Assembly (NCBI GenBank): GCA_950097015.1
Contig: CATNEN010000025.1
Coordinates: 9,641,800 to 9,705,799, forward strand
Reading direction: 5' to 3'
From: Macrostomum hystrix
Lineage: Eukaryota; Animalia; Platyhelminthes
DNA: 64,000 bases
Shown here: positions 1-11,800 of the stretch, piece by piece
Layout: each line of letters begins with the position of its first letter
How positions within the stretch are numbered: the stretch's first letter is position 1
Program-made: the position numbers and the translations under genes
Notes under the pieces: generated by a model
What the model saw: only the letters and a program-made list of their open reading frames with translations
What the model was told of the DNA's origin: nothing
Database searches by the model: none

Positions 1-450
1 ATGCTGGTATCAGTATCAGACAGGCTGATCATCTAGGCAGAATAGCTGCAGCTGGACACTGCAGCATGACAGTCTGGCCCTGGCAAAGCTGAGCAAACTG
101 CCACCCCAAGTCTGCCAATCTTTGTCACATTCCATGGAGTCCATGGGTGGCAGTAATGTGTTAATTTGTGAGAGTGAGAAAAAGGGATTTGTGTGCAAAT
201 TTTTAAGTAAATGTTCAATTCTTTATATTCAAGCAAGTGTATAGAAATGACGCCCAAGTGCAGGTCAGCAATCTCCACAGACTGTAGTTACATGGCCACA
301 ATACTTGTGGGAATATATGTTGAATATAAGTGCTATGATTTCATTATAGAATATATAAAACTTTATAGTATTAAATAGAAAACAGTTGTCTGTCTACAAT
401 ATTAAATACTGTAAACCAATGATTATAAATTACTTTCTCATTTCCAGACA

Positions 451-2898
451 ATGTATCGCGGCATCGAACTGAAGCGTGTTGTCAAAGCTACACTGCAAAC
501 TGGCTGTCGTGGGCGACCCAGAAAGATTAAGACAATCATTAGCGGCCGAAATCGAGGCTCAACATCTCGGCGTCCTGTGTCTGAAACTACTCCTGTTCCA
601 GTGGAAGCTAGCACCGAGAATGATGTCGGTATGCCTGAGTCTTTTGCTCCTACAGTAGAAGATGTTGAATGGGTAGATTTTGACAGCTTTGCTGAGAAAT
701 ACAGAGGTAGTTACGAGAAGCATTTTCTCTTAAATCTGTGTTCCTCTTGCTATGAGCACGAAGGTGTATATCGATGTGTTACTTGTCGACTTAGCTTATG
801 TGCCAGCTGTAAGAATGAGACGCATAAAAAGTTTTCAGCCCACAAGTTTCTCATATGGAATAAGGAGAGTCTAATGTTTCAGGAACTGGATGCTACTCAC
901 GATGCTTTTGAAATGTTTTGCTGCGCTTCTAGTAAATTGAATCTGAATGTCTGTGCGGCTACAAAAGTTGACCTTATAGATCTGGCTGGAAGCGTAAAGG
1001 TCATTTTTATTACCTGCGACTCCTGTGATCTTATTGGTGCACTCCTTTCTCAAGGGTTCTTCCCTTGTTGCGAAGGGTCAAAGCCTGATTCAGATGGGTA
1101 TGCATTCTTTTCTTTTACCTTTTTGTCCCTGCTAGACAGTTTGTGTATGACTGGGCAGTTGCCTGTTCACAGAGCGGTCAGTACACTGCTCATTGGGCCA
1201 ACTCTGGGACAAGGTACATATAATTTGGCTCTTGTAAAAAGCACTTATCAACGCATTCAACGACATGATGTTTTGCTGCGGTTTCGCCACCTGCAAATGG
1301 CCTCAGCAAAATGGCCAAATAATTGTCTTCTCTGTCCAGATAATCACGCTGTGCGCAAAACTGTTGTCTGTGCAGATGCTCTATTTGGTTGGCAGCGCTT
1401 TAAAGCCAGGGGGCGTACACAACTGGAAATACCATCAGATGGTCGTCCATTACCTACGCCGCTTGTCTATGTAGATATTAAAGCGGATGTGCCAAAAAAT
1501 CGAGCAGAGGAACAGAATTGTCCTAATTGGAAGGCCGGTGCTCATGAACCATTAAGCCGTGAGCAGAGACATGATGTCACGGGTTTCTTTGGATTATTCT
1601 GTCGTCACAATCGCCTTTTGTGTGGCTCAAATATCACAACTGGTGGAGAAAAGTTTTGCTACCTGGAACAGTGCCTTGAACACTTTCTGCGAAACGTCAA
1701 AGTGTCTAAGGAATTACTTGTCGTATATGACGTGGGTAAGTTTATTATTATTTTATAAAATGCATACAATCTATGAAATACTGTTGCTTGTGTACAGTTA
1801 TATGACAACATGACTTACTCTTTATCCCAATTCACAGGCTGTCGCGTATCCAGCCGGGTTAAATCCGCTATTGCGAAGTCTGGTGCCAACATTCAAGCGA
1901 GTAGCTGTGCAATAAACGCTTTTCATGCTCTTGGTCACCTGCCCAGTTGTCAAAAAAAGTTTTCTGTTCGCGTTACTCCAGGCGCAGGTCTATGCGATGG
2001 AGAGAATACTGAGCGAGCCTGGTCTCAACTCAGGCCGTTCGGTAAGTTTTTAAAGTACATGCGGAAAGACCGACGAGCACAATACATGGCGCATATTCTA
2101 TACTTCTTTAATGCACAACAGCTTCTTAGCGCTTCTGGGTGGTTTACACAACGTATTAAGCTTATGGTAGGTGCGGGAAAAAGCATTCTAAGTGAACTAA
2201 AAGAGCTACAAAGCCAGTCTGCGATTTTGCAGCACTCGGGGGTCCGAAATGACAGTCTGGTCATCTCTGAGGATGAAATTTTGGATTTAGGCTCCCAATG
2301 GTATGAAGATTCCCTCCGAGTAGCTGTACACAACTCGGAAGATGATATCCTATGTGAGCTACGCGCTCTTGCAGTGCACAGAGATCATTGGAGTAAACAG
2401 GTTGGTAAGTCAGTTGGCCAAAGTCAAACCAGAATGTGCTTGCGAAAGGTTAAAAGTTATGCATCCGACATGAAAAAACTCTACGCTCGTCTTCCAATTG
2501 AAGACAGAGCTTCTTTCGATGAATATAAAAAACCGCGTAGTGCGAAATATGAACATTTGTCTGGAACCGACCTTTCCATCCGATTTCGTCAGCGGGCTAT
2601 AGACGTCAGTAACAAATATAAACGCCTAAAAGAAGAAGCGCATATTATTTCAGATGAGTGGGTTGACCTTCAGGTTAATTTGCAGAGCCTCTGTGATGAC
2701 TTAGCGAATCAGCCGGGCTTAGCCGCTCAATTTCGGGAATTGTTTAGAAGACTGCTTGAAGATGTTGCAAGTAAAAGCGTGACTGATGCTGTAAAATATC
2801 TTCTTGCGAATAAATTCTCCCTCAGCACACTGAGTCAGAGCGCTAATGAAGCGGTTGCTTCAGAAGATTCGGAGTCTTCTGATAGCGACTCCGATTAA
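451..2898 (+). CDS. KDZ (Kyakuja-Dileera-Zisupton) family transposase with N-terminal CxC cysteine cluster; exons 451-1735 and 1838-2898, 781 aa if the ATG at 451 is the start
   Basis: Intron 1736-1837 (GTAAG...ttcacAG, phase 1) joins the two ORFs in frame, giving YDVG|CRV; 1285+1061=2346 nt. KDZ-like motifs: CADALFG, VTGFFGLFCRH, GEKFCY, YDVGC, FHALGHLPSCQ, GLCDGENTERAWS. N-terminal Cys/His cluster CSSC..YRCVTC..CASC..H..H..W and LLSQGFFP. An acceptor-like tttccAG at 446-447 suggests a further upstream exon or a spliced leader. Confidence 0.85.
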
Positions 2899-2970
2899 GT
2901 ATCCAACCAGTGTACTGATGATTCCACCGTTACTTGTGTTTTTAATTGAAGTCAAGCGCTGCCTTGTAAA

Positions 2971-3648
2971 GTCACTCTGCACCTACTTTTGTGTGGGTGC
3001 TGTGAAGCGTTAAGTTTAAGATCGCTAAAATTAATACCATTAAGCCCAAAATTTGGACACATTTCTTTCAACTAGCAAATTTTTTGCAGGTCACTTTGCA
3101 CATGCAATACAATGTGCTGTGAAGCGTTAAGTTTAAGAACGCTAAAATTAATACCAGTAAGCCCAAAGTTTGGACACATATTTCTTTCAACTAGCAAAAT
3201 ATTTACAGGTCACTTTGCACATGCAATTCAATGTGCTGTGAAGCGCTACATTTTAAAGCGCTATGAGCCCATGTGTCAGCCTTCTCGCGGCGGACTCGTT
3301 GAGCGCGAATAAAATCTGCTAATTACCGTGCGCTGCCAATCTTACCGTGCATGTTTGCACTATCCAGCGGACTGGCAGTGTACTTACGTTAGCTGTTTTT
3401 ATTCGTGGGACTAATGACACTATTAAATTCGTTCATTTATCAGCTTTTCCGTTCAATTCCGTTTTATTATTATTATATAGCTCACAGTTTCATTGTCTGT
3501 CAAATAAATGGAGGGGCTCCTAAACAGTGTTTCTCGTTCTTATTTTTTCATTGCTTGCCGTGCCTGATAAACATGTTTTCCTTTTTTAGCATTTACATAC
3601 TTGCGCCTATATACGTCACCGATTTCAGCGAAACGCAGGCAACTTAAA
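2971..3648 (+). repeat. Intergenic direct repeat copy A (~680 bp, with one extra ~117-bp subunit)
   Basis: Starts gtcactctgcacctac and ends gcaggcaacttaaa. Near-identical to 4815-5375 and to 6232-6675; the ORF track shows the same spurious peptides in each copy. Confidence 0.95.
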
Positions 3649-3696
3649 TAAACTCTTTAAAAAATCAAAATTCAGATTTCAAATTCAAAAGACAGC

Positions 3697-4709
3697 ATGC
3701 CCACTGATAAGCTCGATTGTCCGTTATGTCTTCCTGGTTTATCTGCCTATTCGGCCAGACCTGACAGGCTCGCTCTGCATATTGAAACGCATCATCCAAA
3801 CGCGAAAGGGAAGACGGAATGCATCATTCAATATCTACGTTGGTCGAAGAAGGCCGATGCAAAATTGTGCCAGCTATGCGATACATTCTATGTACATTTG
3901 CGGCAGCACTATAAGCTGATTCACACCATCGAATTCCGGCGACTTAACACTTTGCTGACAGGTCAACCAGCCATGCGACTCGCGCGAAAGCGTGGTGTTA
4001 AACGTTTTGGTGAAATATTCTGGTGGTTTACTTCCAATCAGCCGTTGCCAAACTATCCGTCCTCAGATGGCGACTGTGTTGGAAAGCTGGAAGAACAAAG
4101 GTAATTAATTTGTGAAGGGCATGTCACGATCTCATTTAAAGCTTAGTTACGTAAAATGCAAACTGCCTGTGCCATCTGTATTTTCTAAGTCTTGTCAACA
4201 CTTCCCACAGGCACTGCGAATCTTCTGCTGGCCAACGATCATGCATAGATGTCTACAGGAAAAGTTCAAATTTCGTCCCAGCCAAGGTTTTAGTGAAGCC
4301 TTCTGGTGAGAAGGGTCTCGGTATTTTTGCTGGTGAACTAATTAGAGCTGATTCATTCGTGTGCTTCTATGGTGGCACCGTAATATCTAGAAAACAAGGA
4401 CTCGCCAGAGAGCAGGAGAGGGCATCTAAAGGCGAGTCACCTTGTTTTGCGTTTTTCTTTTTTTATGGCTCCCAATCGCTTTGCGAAGATGCTACTGATA
4501 GTTTTTCCCTTGGTCGGTTTATTAATCACAGTCGGTTGACTCCAAATCTAATGCCAAGGGCGATACCACCATGTAAAGAAATCGGACGGAACGTCTGCAG
4601 GATCGCTTTTTTTGCTATTCGGGACATTCTAGAAGGGCAAGAATTGCTCTTCGATTATTCTGAAACTGACGAAGAGTGTCTAAAGAGGTTTCCCTGGCTG
4701 CAATCTTAA
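3697..4709 (+). CDS. Two C2H2-like zinc fingers plus SETD8/KMT5A (PR-Set7)-like SET lysine methyltransferase; exons 3697-4100 and 4211-4709, 300 aa
   Basis: Intron 4101-4210 (GTAATT...cccacAG, phase 2) fuses the ZnF ORF to the SET ORF with no stop; 404+499=903 nt. SET motifs: EKGLGIFA, FVCFYGG, LCEDAT, LGRFINHS, RDILEGQELLFDY, and C-terminal FPWL as in SETD8 (HPWL). Fingers: CPLC..HIETHH and CQLC..HYKLIH. Confidence 0.88.
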
Positions 4710-4814
4710 AAGTTCAAAAAATTGTACCAACTAGTCACTGCTAATCATTTTGAATTTGTTGCACATGCGTCAGACAAATTTCTTCAAAACTTGTCGCATA
4801 AAACATTACAGCAG

Positions 4815-5375
4815 GTCACTCTGCACCTACTTTTGTGTGGGTGCTGTGAAGCGTTAAGTTTAAGAACGCTAAAATTAATACCAGTAAGCCCAAAGTTTGG
4901 ACACATATTTCTTTCAACTAGCAAAATATTTACAGGTCACTTTGCACATGCAATTCAATGTGCTGTGAAGCGCTACATTTTAAAGCGCTATGAGCCCATG
5001 TGTCAGCCTTCTCGCGGCGGACTCGTTGAGCGCGAATAAAATCTGCTAATTACCGTGCTCTGCCAATCTTACCGTGCATGTTTGCACTATCCAGCGGACT
5101 GGCAGTGTACTTACGTTAGCTGTTTTTATTCGTGGGACTAATGACACTATTAAATTCGTTCATTTATCAGCTTTTCCGTTCAATTCCGTTTTATTATTAT
5201 TATATAGCTCACAGTTTCATTGTCTGTCAAATAAATGGAGGGGCTCCTAAACAGTGTTTCTCGTTCTTATTTTTTCATTGCTTGCCGTGCCTGATAAACA
5301 TGTTTTCCTTTTTTAGCATTTACATACTTGTGCCTATATACGTCACCGATTTCAGCGAAACGCAGGCAACTTAAA
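4815..5375 (+). repeat. Intergenic direct repeat copy B (561 bp)
   Basis: Same sequence as the shared part of copy A apart from a few substitutions (e.g. gtgctctg vs gtgcgctg, ttgtgcct vs ttgcgcct). Confidence 0.95.
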
Positions 5376-5416
5376 AAAAACTTTAAACTTCAAACTGTAA
5401 ACACACAAAACTCATC

Positions 5417-6151
5417 ATGCCCAACAAACACGCGAAAGTGTCCTGTCTTGTCTGTTCCAATTGGACTGGTAGATCCTACATGCTTTGGAGGCATTGCGAG
5501 AAAAGGCACCCCGCTCTGGAGGATGACAGGATTCAGGCGATGATTGACTTCGCGAAGGCGACTTCAAAAGCGAAGCCGGTGTGTCTCTGTCCGATATGCG
5601 GGGCTCTGATTTCTCACCAAAGAGCGCATTTTAAGAGATGCCACGTACCTGAATATGGCTCTACATACCGCCGCAAAGCCCTCTCGGGTCGTGCGGCTGT
5701 CCTGAAATTACGCGAATCAGGTTCGCGGCGTGTAGCAGAACTTCACAAACTTGCTACAGAAGAAAAGCATCCACTCCAATACATGGAACTTGAGTTCGCT
5801 GCTAGTCAGCTATCTATTCTGGTTGAGATGTACAAGGATATCGGCGAGGTACAAATTACATCAGCAACTAGCCAAGAGACGAGTGCGTCAACAAAACTTC
5901 CCGCAGAACAGCAGCAGCAGGAAGAGCGCTGCAACTCTTCTGAAGGTGCTCCTAAAAGTCCTAAACCTACGCCAGAAACTCATCGAGTTCCAGCTAAAAT
6001 CTGTCGAAACCCATTACCATTTGTGATTCCTCCAAGAGTCCCTTATTGCGTCAAACCCTTACCGCCTATTGTCTTGCGTAAATCTGCTACCAACTTGACC
6101 CGATATAACCCGAAAATTCCCACCTCGTCTCCCATAAAAATTGCTACCTGA
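5417..6151 (+). CDS. Two C2H2-like zinc fingers plus low-complexity S/P/K-rich tail, 244 aa; paralog of the ZnF-SET N-terminus
   Basis: Open ATG-to-stop ORF with CLVC-x12-H-x4-H and CPIC-x9-H-x4-H. It sits at the same position relative to the repeat as the ZnF-SET gene. An internal intron cannot be excluded. Confidence 0.7.
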   Translation: MPNKHAKVSCLVCSNWTGRSYMLWRHCEKRHPALEDDRIQAMIDFAKATSKAKPVCLCPICGALISHQRAHFKRCHVPEYGSTYRRKALSGRAAVLKLRESGSRRVAELHKLATEEKHPLQYMELEFAASQLSILVEMYKDIGEVQITSATSQETSASTKLPAEQQQQEERCNSSEGAPKSPKPTPETHRVPAKICRNPLPFVIPPRVPYCVKPLPPIVLRKSATNLTRYNPKIPTSSPIKIAT

Positions 6152-6231
6152 GGTCTTCCTGTTGGAACAAAATACCATACCACCCCTATCCCATGGAAAA
6201 ATTGGTATATCGACAGAGCCAATTACAGCAA

Positions 6232-6675
6232 GTCACTCTGCACCTACTTTTGTGTGGGTGCTGTGAAGCGTTAAGTTTAAGAGCGCTAAAATGAATACCA
6301 GTGAGGCCAAATTTTGGATACAATTCATTCAACTAGCAAAATATTTACAGGTCACTTTGCACATGCAATTCAATGTGCTGTGAAGCGCTACGTTTTAAAG
6401 CGCTATGAGCCCATGTGTCAGCCTTCTCGCGGCGGACTCGTTGAGCGCGAATAAAATCTGCTAATTACCGTGCGCTGCCAATCTTACCGTGCATGTTTGC
6501 ACTATCCAGCGGACTGGCAGTGTACTTACGTTAGCTGTTTTTATTCGTGGGACTAATGACACTATTAAATTCGTTCATTTATCAGCTTTTCCGTTCAATT
6601 CCGTTTTATTATTATTATATAGCTCACAGTTTCATTGTCTGTCAAATAAATGGAGGGGCTCCTAAACAGTGTTTC
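6232..6675 (+). repeat. Intergenic direct repeat copy C (3'-truncated or diverged)
   Basis: Matches copies A/B from gtcactctgcac to cctaaacagtgtttc, then diverges. Confidence 0.92.
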
Positions 6676-6944
6676 GCGTTTTCGTTTTTTAATTGCTTGT
6701 TTTTTAGATGCGCTTTCTTTCTGCTCATTAGTTGGCTGTGCAGGGAACAACTAGGACAAATGGAGATAGATGTGCATTTGAGAATAGACTGCCTGCTTTA
6801 TACAATTATATGCATGGCAGATCAATGTCCTTATTAGCGTTTATATATTAGCGTTCACGCCTTCATTTAGGGTCTAGCTTTAATTGTCAACGTTTCAAAC
6901 TTCAATCTCGAATAAATTTCAGGCCAGCATCACTTCCATTGAAA

Positions 6945-6989
6945 GTTGATGACACCTCCCAACATTGGGAGTTGGGAGGTGTCATCAAC
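6945..6989. other. Perfect 19-bp inverted repeat with 7-nt loop
   Basis: gttgatgacacctcccaac - attggga - gttgggaggtgtcatcaac. Confidence 0.95.
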
Positions 6990-7438
6990 ATTGGGATGAC
7001 GTGCGCGATGTCAACATGATGACGTGCGCGAGCATTCAACACAATGGAAATGACGATCCATACAATTTTTTAGGCGGTGTTTCTGGTCTTTCAACCGTTG
7101 TGACCAATATTTGAAGAAGCATCTTGCTAACGATATTTTAGCTTTTATAACTATTTGCACAATTAAAGGTACGTGGCTACGCACTTCTACGCCTTTAGCC
7201 TTGTCTAATGTCATTTTTCAATTCCCTCCAGTCGTCCAAGGCGTTTTGTTGTTATGCGAACTCGGCCAATCTGACTTCATAATTGCTTCATATGCGTTCA
7301 TATGCATACAAGTGTGAATGCTCATATGCGTGTGTACACCTTTCGTGTCTGCTTGCCTGCAATCCTACTTGTGCATGTATTTGACTTACCTATAGTCATT
7401 ACACTTAGCTAGAGTAATTTAGCCCAGGTGTGGCAACA

Positions 7439-8080
7439 ATGGTCAGAGGAGAGCTAGAGTCAAACTGTTCAGAATATGTTCCGATGACTAAATTATTCAG
7501 TTTTCCCTGGTAGTCATGCAATTTCTTGGATGGTCAGAGGAGAGCTAGAGTCAAACTGTTCAGAATATGTTCCGATGACTAAATTATTCAGTTTTCCCTG
7601 GTAGTCATGCAATTTCTTCAATGGTCAGAGGAGAGCTAGAGTCAAACTGTTCAGAATATGTTCCGATGACTAAATTATTCAGTTTTCCCTGGTAGTCATG
7701 CAATTTCTTGGATGGTCAGAGGAGAGCTAGAGTCAAACTGTTCAGAATATGTTCCGATGACTAAATTATTCAGTTTTCCCTGGTAGTCATGCAATTTCTT
7801 CAATGGTCAGAGGAGGGCTAGAGTCAAACTGTTCAGAATATGTTCCGATGACTAAATTATTCAGTTTTCCCTGGTAGTCATGCAATTTCTTGGATGGTCA
7901 GAGGAGAGCTAGAGTCAAACTGTTCAGAATATGTTCCGATGACTAAATTATTCAGTTTTCCCTGGTAGTCATGCAATTTCTTGGATGGTCAGAGGAGAGC
8001 TAGAGTCAAACTGTTCAGAATATGTTCCGATGACTAAATTATTCAGTTTTCCCTGGTAGTCATGCAATTTCTTCAATGGT
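7439..8080. repeat. Tandem repeat, 91-bp unit, 7 copies
   Basis: ggtcagagga... recurs at 7441, 7532, 7623, 7714, 7805, 7896 and 7987; a partial copy starts at 8078. Confidence 0.97.
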
Positions 8081-8447
8081 CGTGCTCCCTTGCAAACGAG
8101 CAGCGGAGTGAGAGGAGAGAGTTCTGAAGTTCTGAACGCGTTTGACAATGATAAAATATCAAACTCTAATACCTGCTTTCTTTATGCTCACTGTGCATGC
8201 ACTGTATGTGTTTTTACGTGAGGGTCTGTACTTTGTTCAATTAATGTTTCTGTCTAACTAGGACTTTTCACCAATTCTTTTCCGTGTCAATCTTCAGGGA
8301 AAATACATAAGCTAATTTATCAAAACATATCAGCGCATCTCATTGGCAAAAATTGTGCCGCACAGGCACGGCATAGGTGACCTGCTGCAAGGTATACTGA
8401 CTAAAATTATTATTATGTTATTATTATTACTTCTTTCTTGGAATCAC

Positions 8448-8720
8448 AGGGTGAGGTGACAGAGAAGAGGGTGAGGTGACAGAGGAGAGAGTGGGGTGAC
8501 AGAGAGGAGAGAGTGAGGGCACAGAGGAGAAAGTGAGGGCACAGAGGAGAAAGTGAGGGCACAGAGGAGAAAGTGAGGGCACAGAGGAGAAAGTGAGGGC
8601 ACAGAGGAGAAAGTGAGGGCACAGAGGAGAAAGTGAGGGCACAGAGTGGAGAAAGTGAGGGCACAAAGGAGAAAGTGAGGGCACAGAGTGGAGAAAGTGA
8701 GGGCACAGAGAGGAGAAAGT
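8448..8720. repeat. Purine-rich minisatellite, ~20-bp unit (gaggagaaagtgagggcaca)
   Basis: Direct reading of about 13 units. Confidence 0.95.
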
Positions 8721-8831
8721 TAACTTTGATGAATTTCGATGGGATTTGATTCCCCGTATTCTGGGATAGACGTAGAAGCGATCCCTGTCGAAATCCGGGG
8801 TCAATAAGTAAGCCTGCGGCGTCGCATCACA

Positions 8832-11800
8832 CAGACTATACTTAATTATTACTATTGTAGCCAGATTTATAAACTTGAACTGGAGCTTGTGGGCACCTAT
8901 TGCCGTTTAGGAAAATTCAAGAAACCAACAATTGCAGTGCCACGCTTGGCCTCAACTACATGATTTTCGCACTACAAAGACTATACTTAATTACTATTGT
9001 AGCCCGATTTATAAACTTGAACTGGAGCTTGTGGGCACCTATTGCCGTTTAGGAAAATTCAAGAAACCAACAATTGCAGTGCCACGCTTGGCCTCAACTA
9101 CATGATTTTCGCACTACAAAGACTATACTTAATTACTATTGTAGCCAGATTTATAAACTTGAACTGGAGCTTGTGGGCACCTATTGCCGTTTAGGAAAAT
9201 TCAAGAAACCAACAATTGCAGTGCCACGCTTGGCCTCAACTACATGATTTTCGCACTACAAAGACTATACTTAATTACTATTGTAGCCAGATTTATAAAC
9301 TTGAACTGGAGCTTGTGGGCACCTATTGCCGTTTAGGAAAATTCAAGAAACCAACAATTGCAGTGCCACGCTTGGCCTCAACTACATGATTTTCGCACTA
9401 CAAAGACTATACTTAATTACTATTGTAGCCAGATTTATAAACTTGAACTGGAGCTTGTGGGCACCTATTGCCGTTTAGGAAAATTCAAGAAACCAACAAT
9501 TGCAGTGCCACGCTTGGCCTCAACTACATGATTTTCGCACTACAAAGACTATACTTAATTACTATTGTAGCCAGATTTATAAACTTGAACTGGAGCTTGT
9601 GGGCACCTATTGCCGTTTAGGAAAATTCAAGAAACCAACAATTGCAGTGCCACGCTTGGCCTCAACTACATGATTTTCGCACTACAAAGACTATACTTAA
9701 TTACTATTGTAGCCAGATTTATAAACTTGAACTGGAGCTTGTGGGCACCTATTGCCGTTTAGGAAAATTCAAGAAACCAACAATTGCAGTGCCACGCTTG
9801 GCCTCAACTACATGATTTTCGCACTACAAAGACTATACTTAATTACTATTGTAGCCAGATTTATAAACTTGAACTGGAGCTTGTGGGCACCTATTGCCGT
9901 TTAGGAAAATTCAAGAAACCAACAATTGCAGTGCCACGCTTGGCCTCAACTACATGATTTTCGCACTACAAAGACTATACTTAATTACTATTGTAGCCAG
10001 ATTTATAAACTTGAACTGGAGCTTGTGGGCACCTATTGCCGTTTAGGAAAATTCAAGAAACCAACAATTGCAGTGCCACGCTTGGCCTCAACTACATGAT
10101 TTTCGCACTACAAAGACTATACTTAATTACTATTGTAGCCAGATTTATAAACTTGAACTGGAGCTTGTGGGCACCTATTGCCGTTTAGGAAAATTCAAGA
10201 AACCAACAATTGGTGCCACGCTTGACCTCAACTACATGATTTTCGCACTTCAAAGACTATACTTAATTACTATTGTAGCCAGATTTATAAACTTGAACTG
10301 GAGCTTGTGGGCACCTATTGCCGTTTAGGAAAATTCAAGAAACCAACAATTGCAGTGCCACGCTTGGCCTCAACTACATGATTTTCGCACTACAAAGACT
10401 ATACTTAATTACTATTGTAGCCAGGTTTATAAACTTGAACTGGAGCTTGTGGGCACCTATTGCTGTTTAGGAAAATGCAAGAAACCAACAATTGGTGCCA
10501 CGCTTGACCTCAACTACATGATTTTCGCACTTCAAAGACTATACTTAATTACTATTGTAGCCAGATTTATAAACTTGAACTGGAGCTTGTGGGCACCTAT
10601 TGCTGTTTAGGAAAATGCAAGAAACCAACAATTGGTGCCACGCTTGGCCTCAACTACATGATTTTCGCACTTCAAAGACTATACTTAATTACTATTGTAG
10701 CCAGATTTATAAACTTGAACTGGAGCTTGTGGGCACCTATTGCTGTTTAGGAAAATGCAAGAAACCAACAATTGGTGCCACGCTTGACCTCAACTACATG
10801 ATTTTCGCACTTCAAAGACTATACTTAATTACTATTGTAGCCAGATTTATAAACTTGAACTGGAGCTTGTGGGCACCTATTGCCGTTTAGGAAAATTCAA
10901 GAAACCAACAATTGCAGTGCCACGCTTGGCCTCAACTACATGATTTTCGCACTACAAAGACTATACTTAATTACTATTGTAGCCAGGTTTATAAACTTGA
11001 ACTGGAGCTTGTGGGCACCTATTGCTGTTTAGGAAAATGCAAGAAACCAACAATTGGTGCCACGCTTGACCTCAACTACATGATTTTCGCACTTCAAAGA
11101 CTATACTTAATTACTATTGTAGCCAGATTTATAAACTTGAACTGGAGCTTGTGGGCACCTATTGCCGTTTAGGAAAATTCAAGAAACCAACAATTGCAGT
11201 GCCACGCTTGGCCTCAACTACATGATTTTCGCACTTCAAAGACTATACTGAATTACTATTGTAGCCAGATTTATAAACTTGAACTGGAGCTTGTGGGCAC
11301 CTATTGCTGTTTAGGAAAATGCAAGAAACCAACAATTGGTGCCACGCTTGACCTCAACTACATGATTTTCGCACTTCAAAGACTATACTTAATTACTATT
11401 GTAGCCAGATTTATAAACTTGAACTGGAGCTTGTGGGCACCTATTGCCGTTTAGGAAAATTCAAGAAACCAACAATTGCAGTGCCACGCTTGGCCTCAAC
11501 TACATGATTTTCGCACTACAAAGACTATACTTAATTACTATTGTAGCCAGGTTTATAAACTTGAACTGGAGCTTGTGGGCACCTATTGCTGTTTAGGAAA
11601 ATGCAAGAAACCAACAATTGGTGCCACGCTTGACCTCAACTACATGATTTTCGCACTTCAAAGACTATACTTAATTACTATTGTAGCCAGATTTATAAAC
11701 TTGAACTGGAGCTTGTGGGCACCTATTGCTGTTTAGGAAAATGCAAGAAACCAACAATTGGTGCCACGCTTGGCCTCAACTACATGATTTTCGCACTTCA

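Noticed and set aside
3112-6837. Recurrent short ORFs MCCEALS.. and MGLMTLL..
   Set aside because: They are translations of the repeated spacer, mostly with GTG/TTG starts and no protein-like features.
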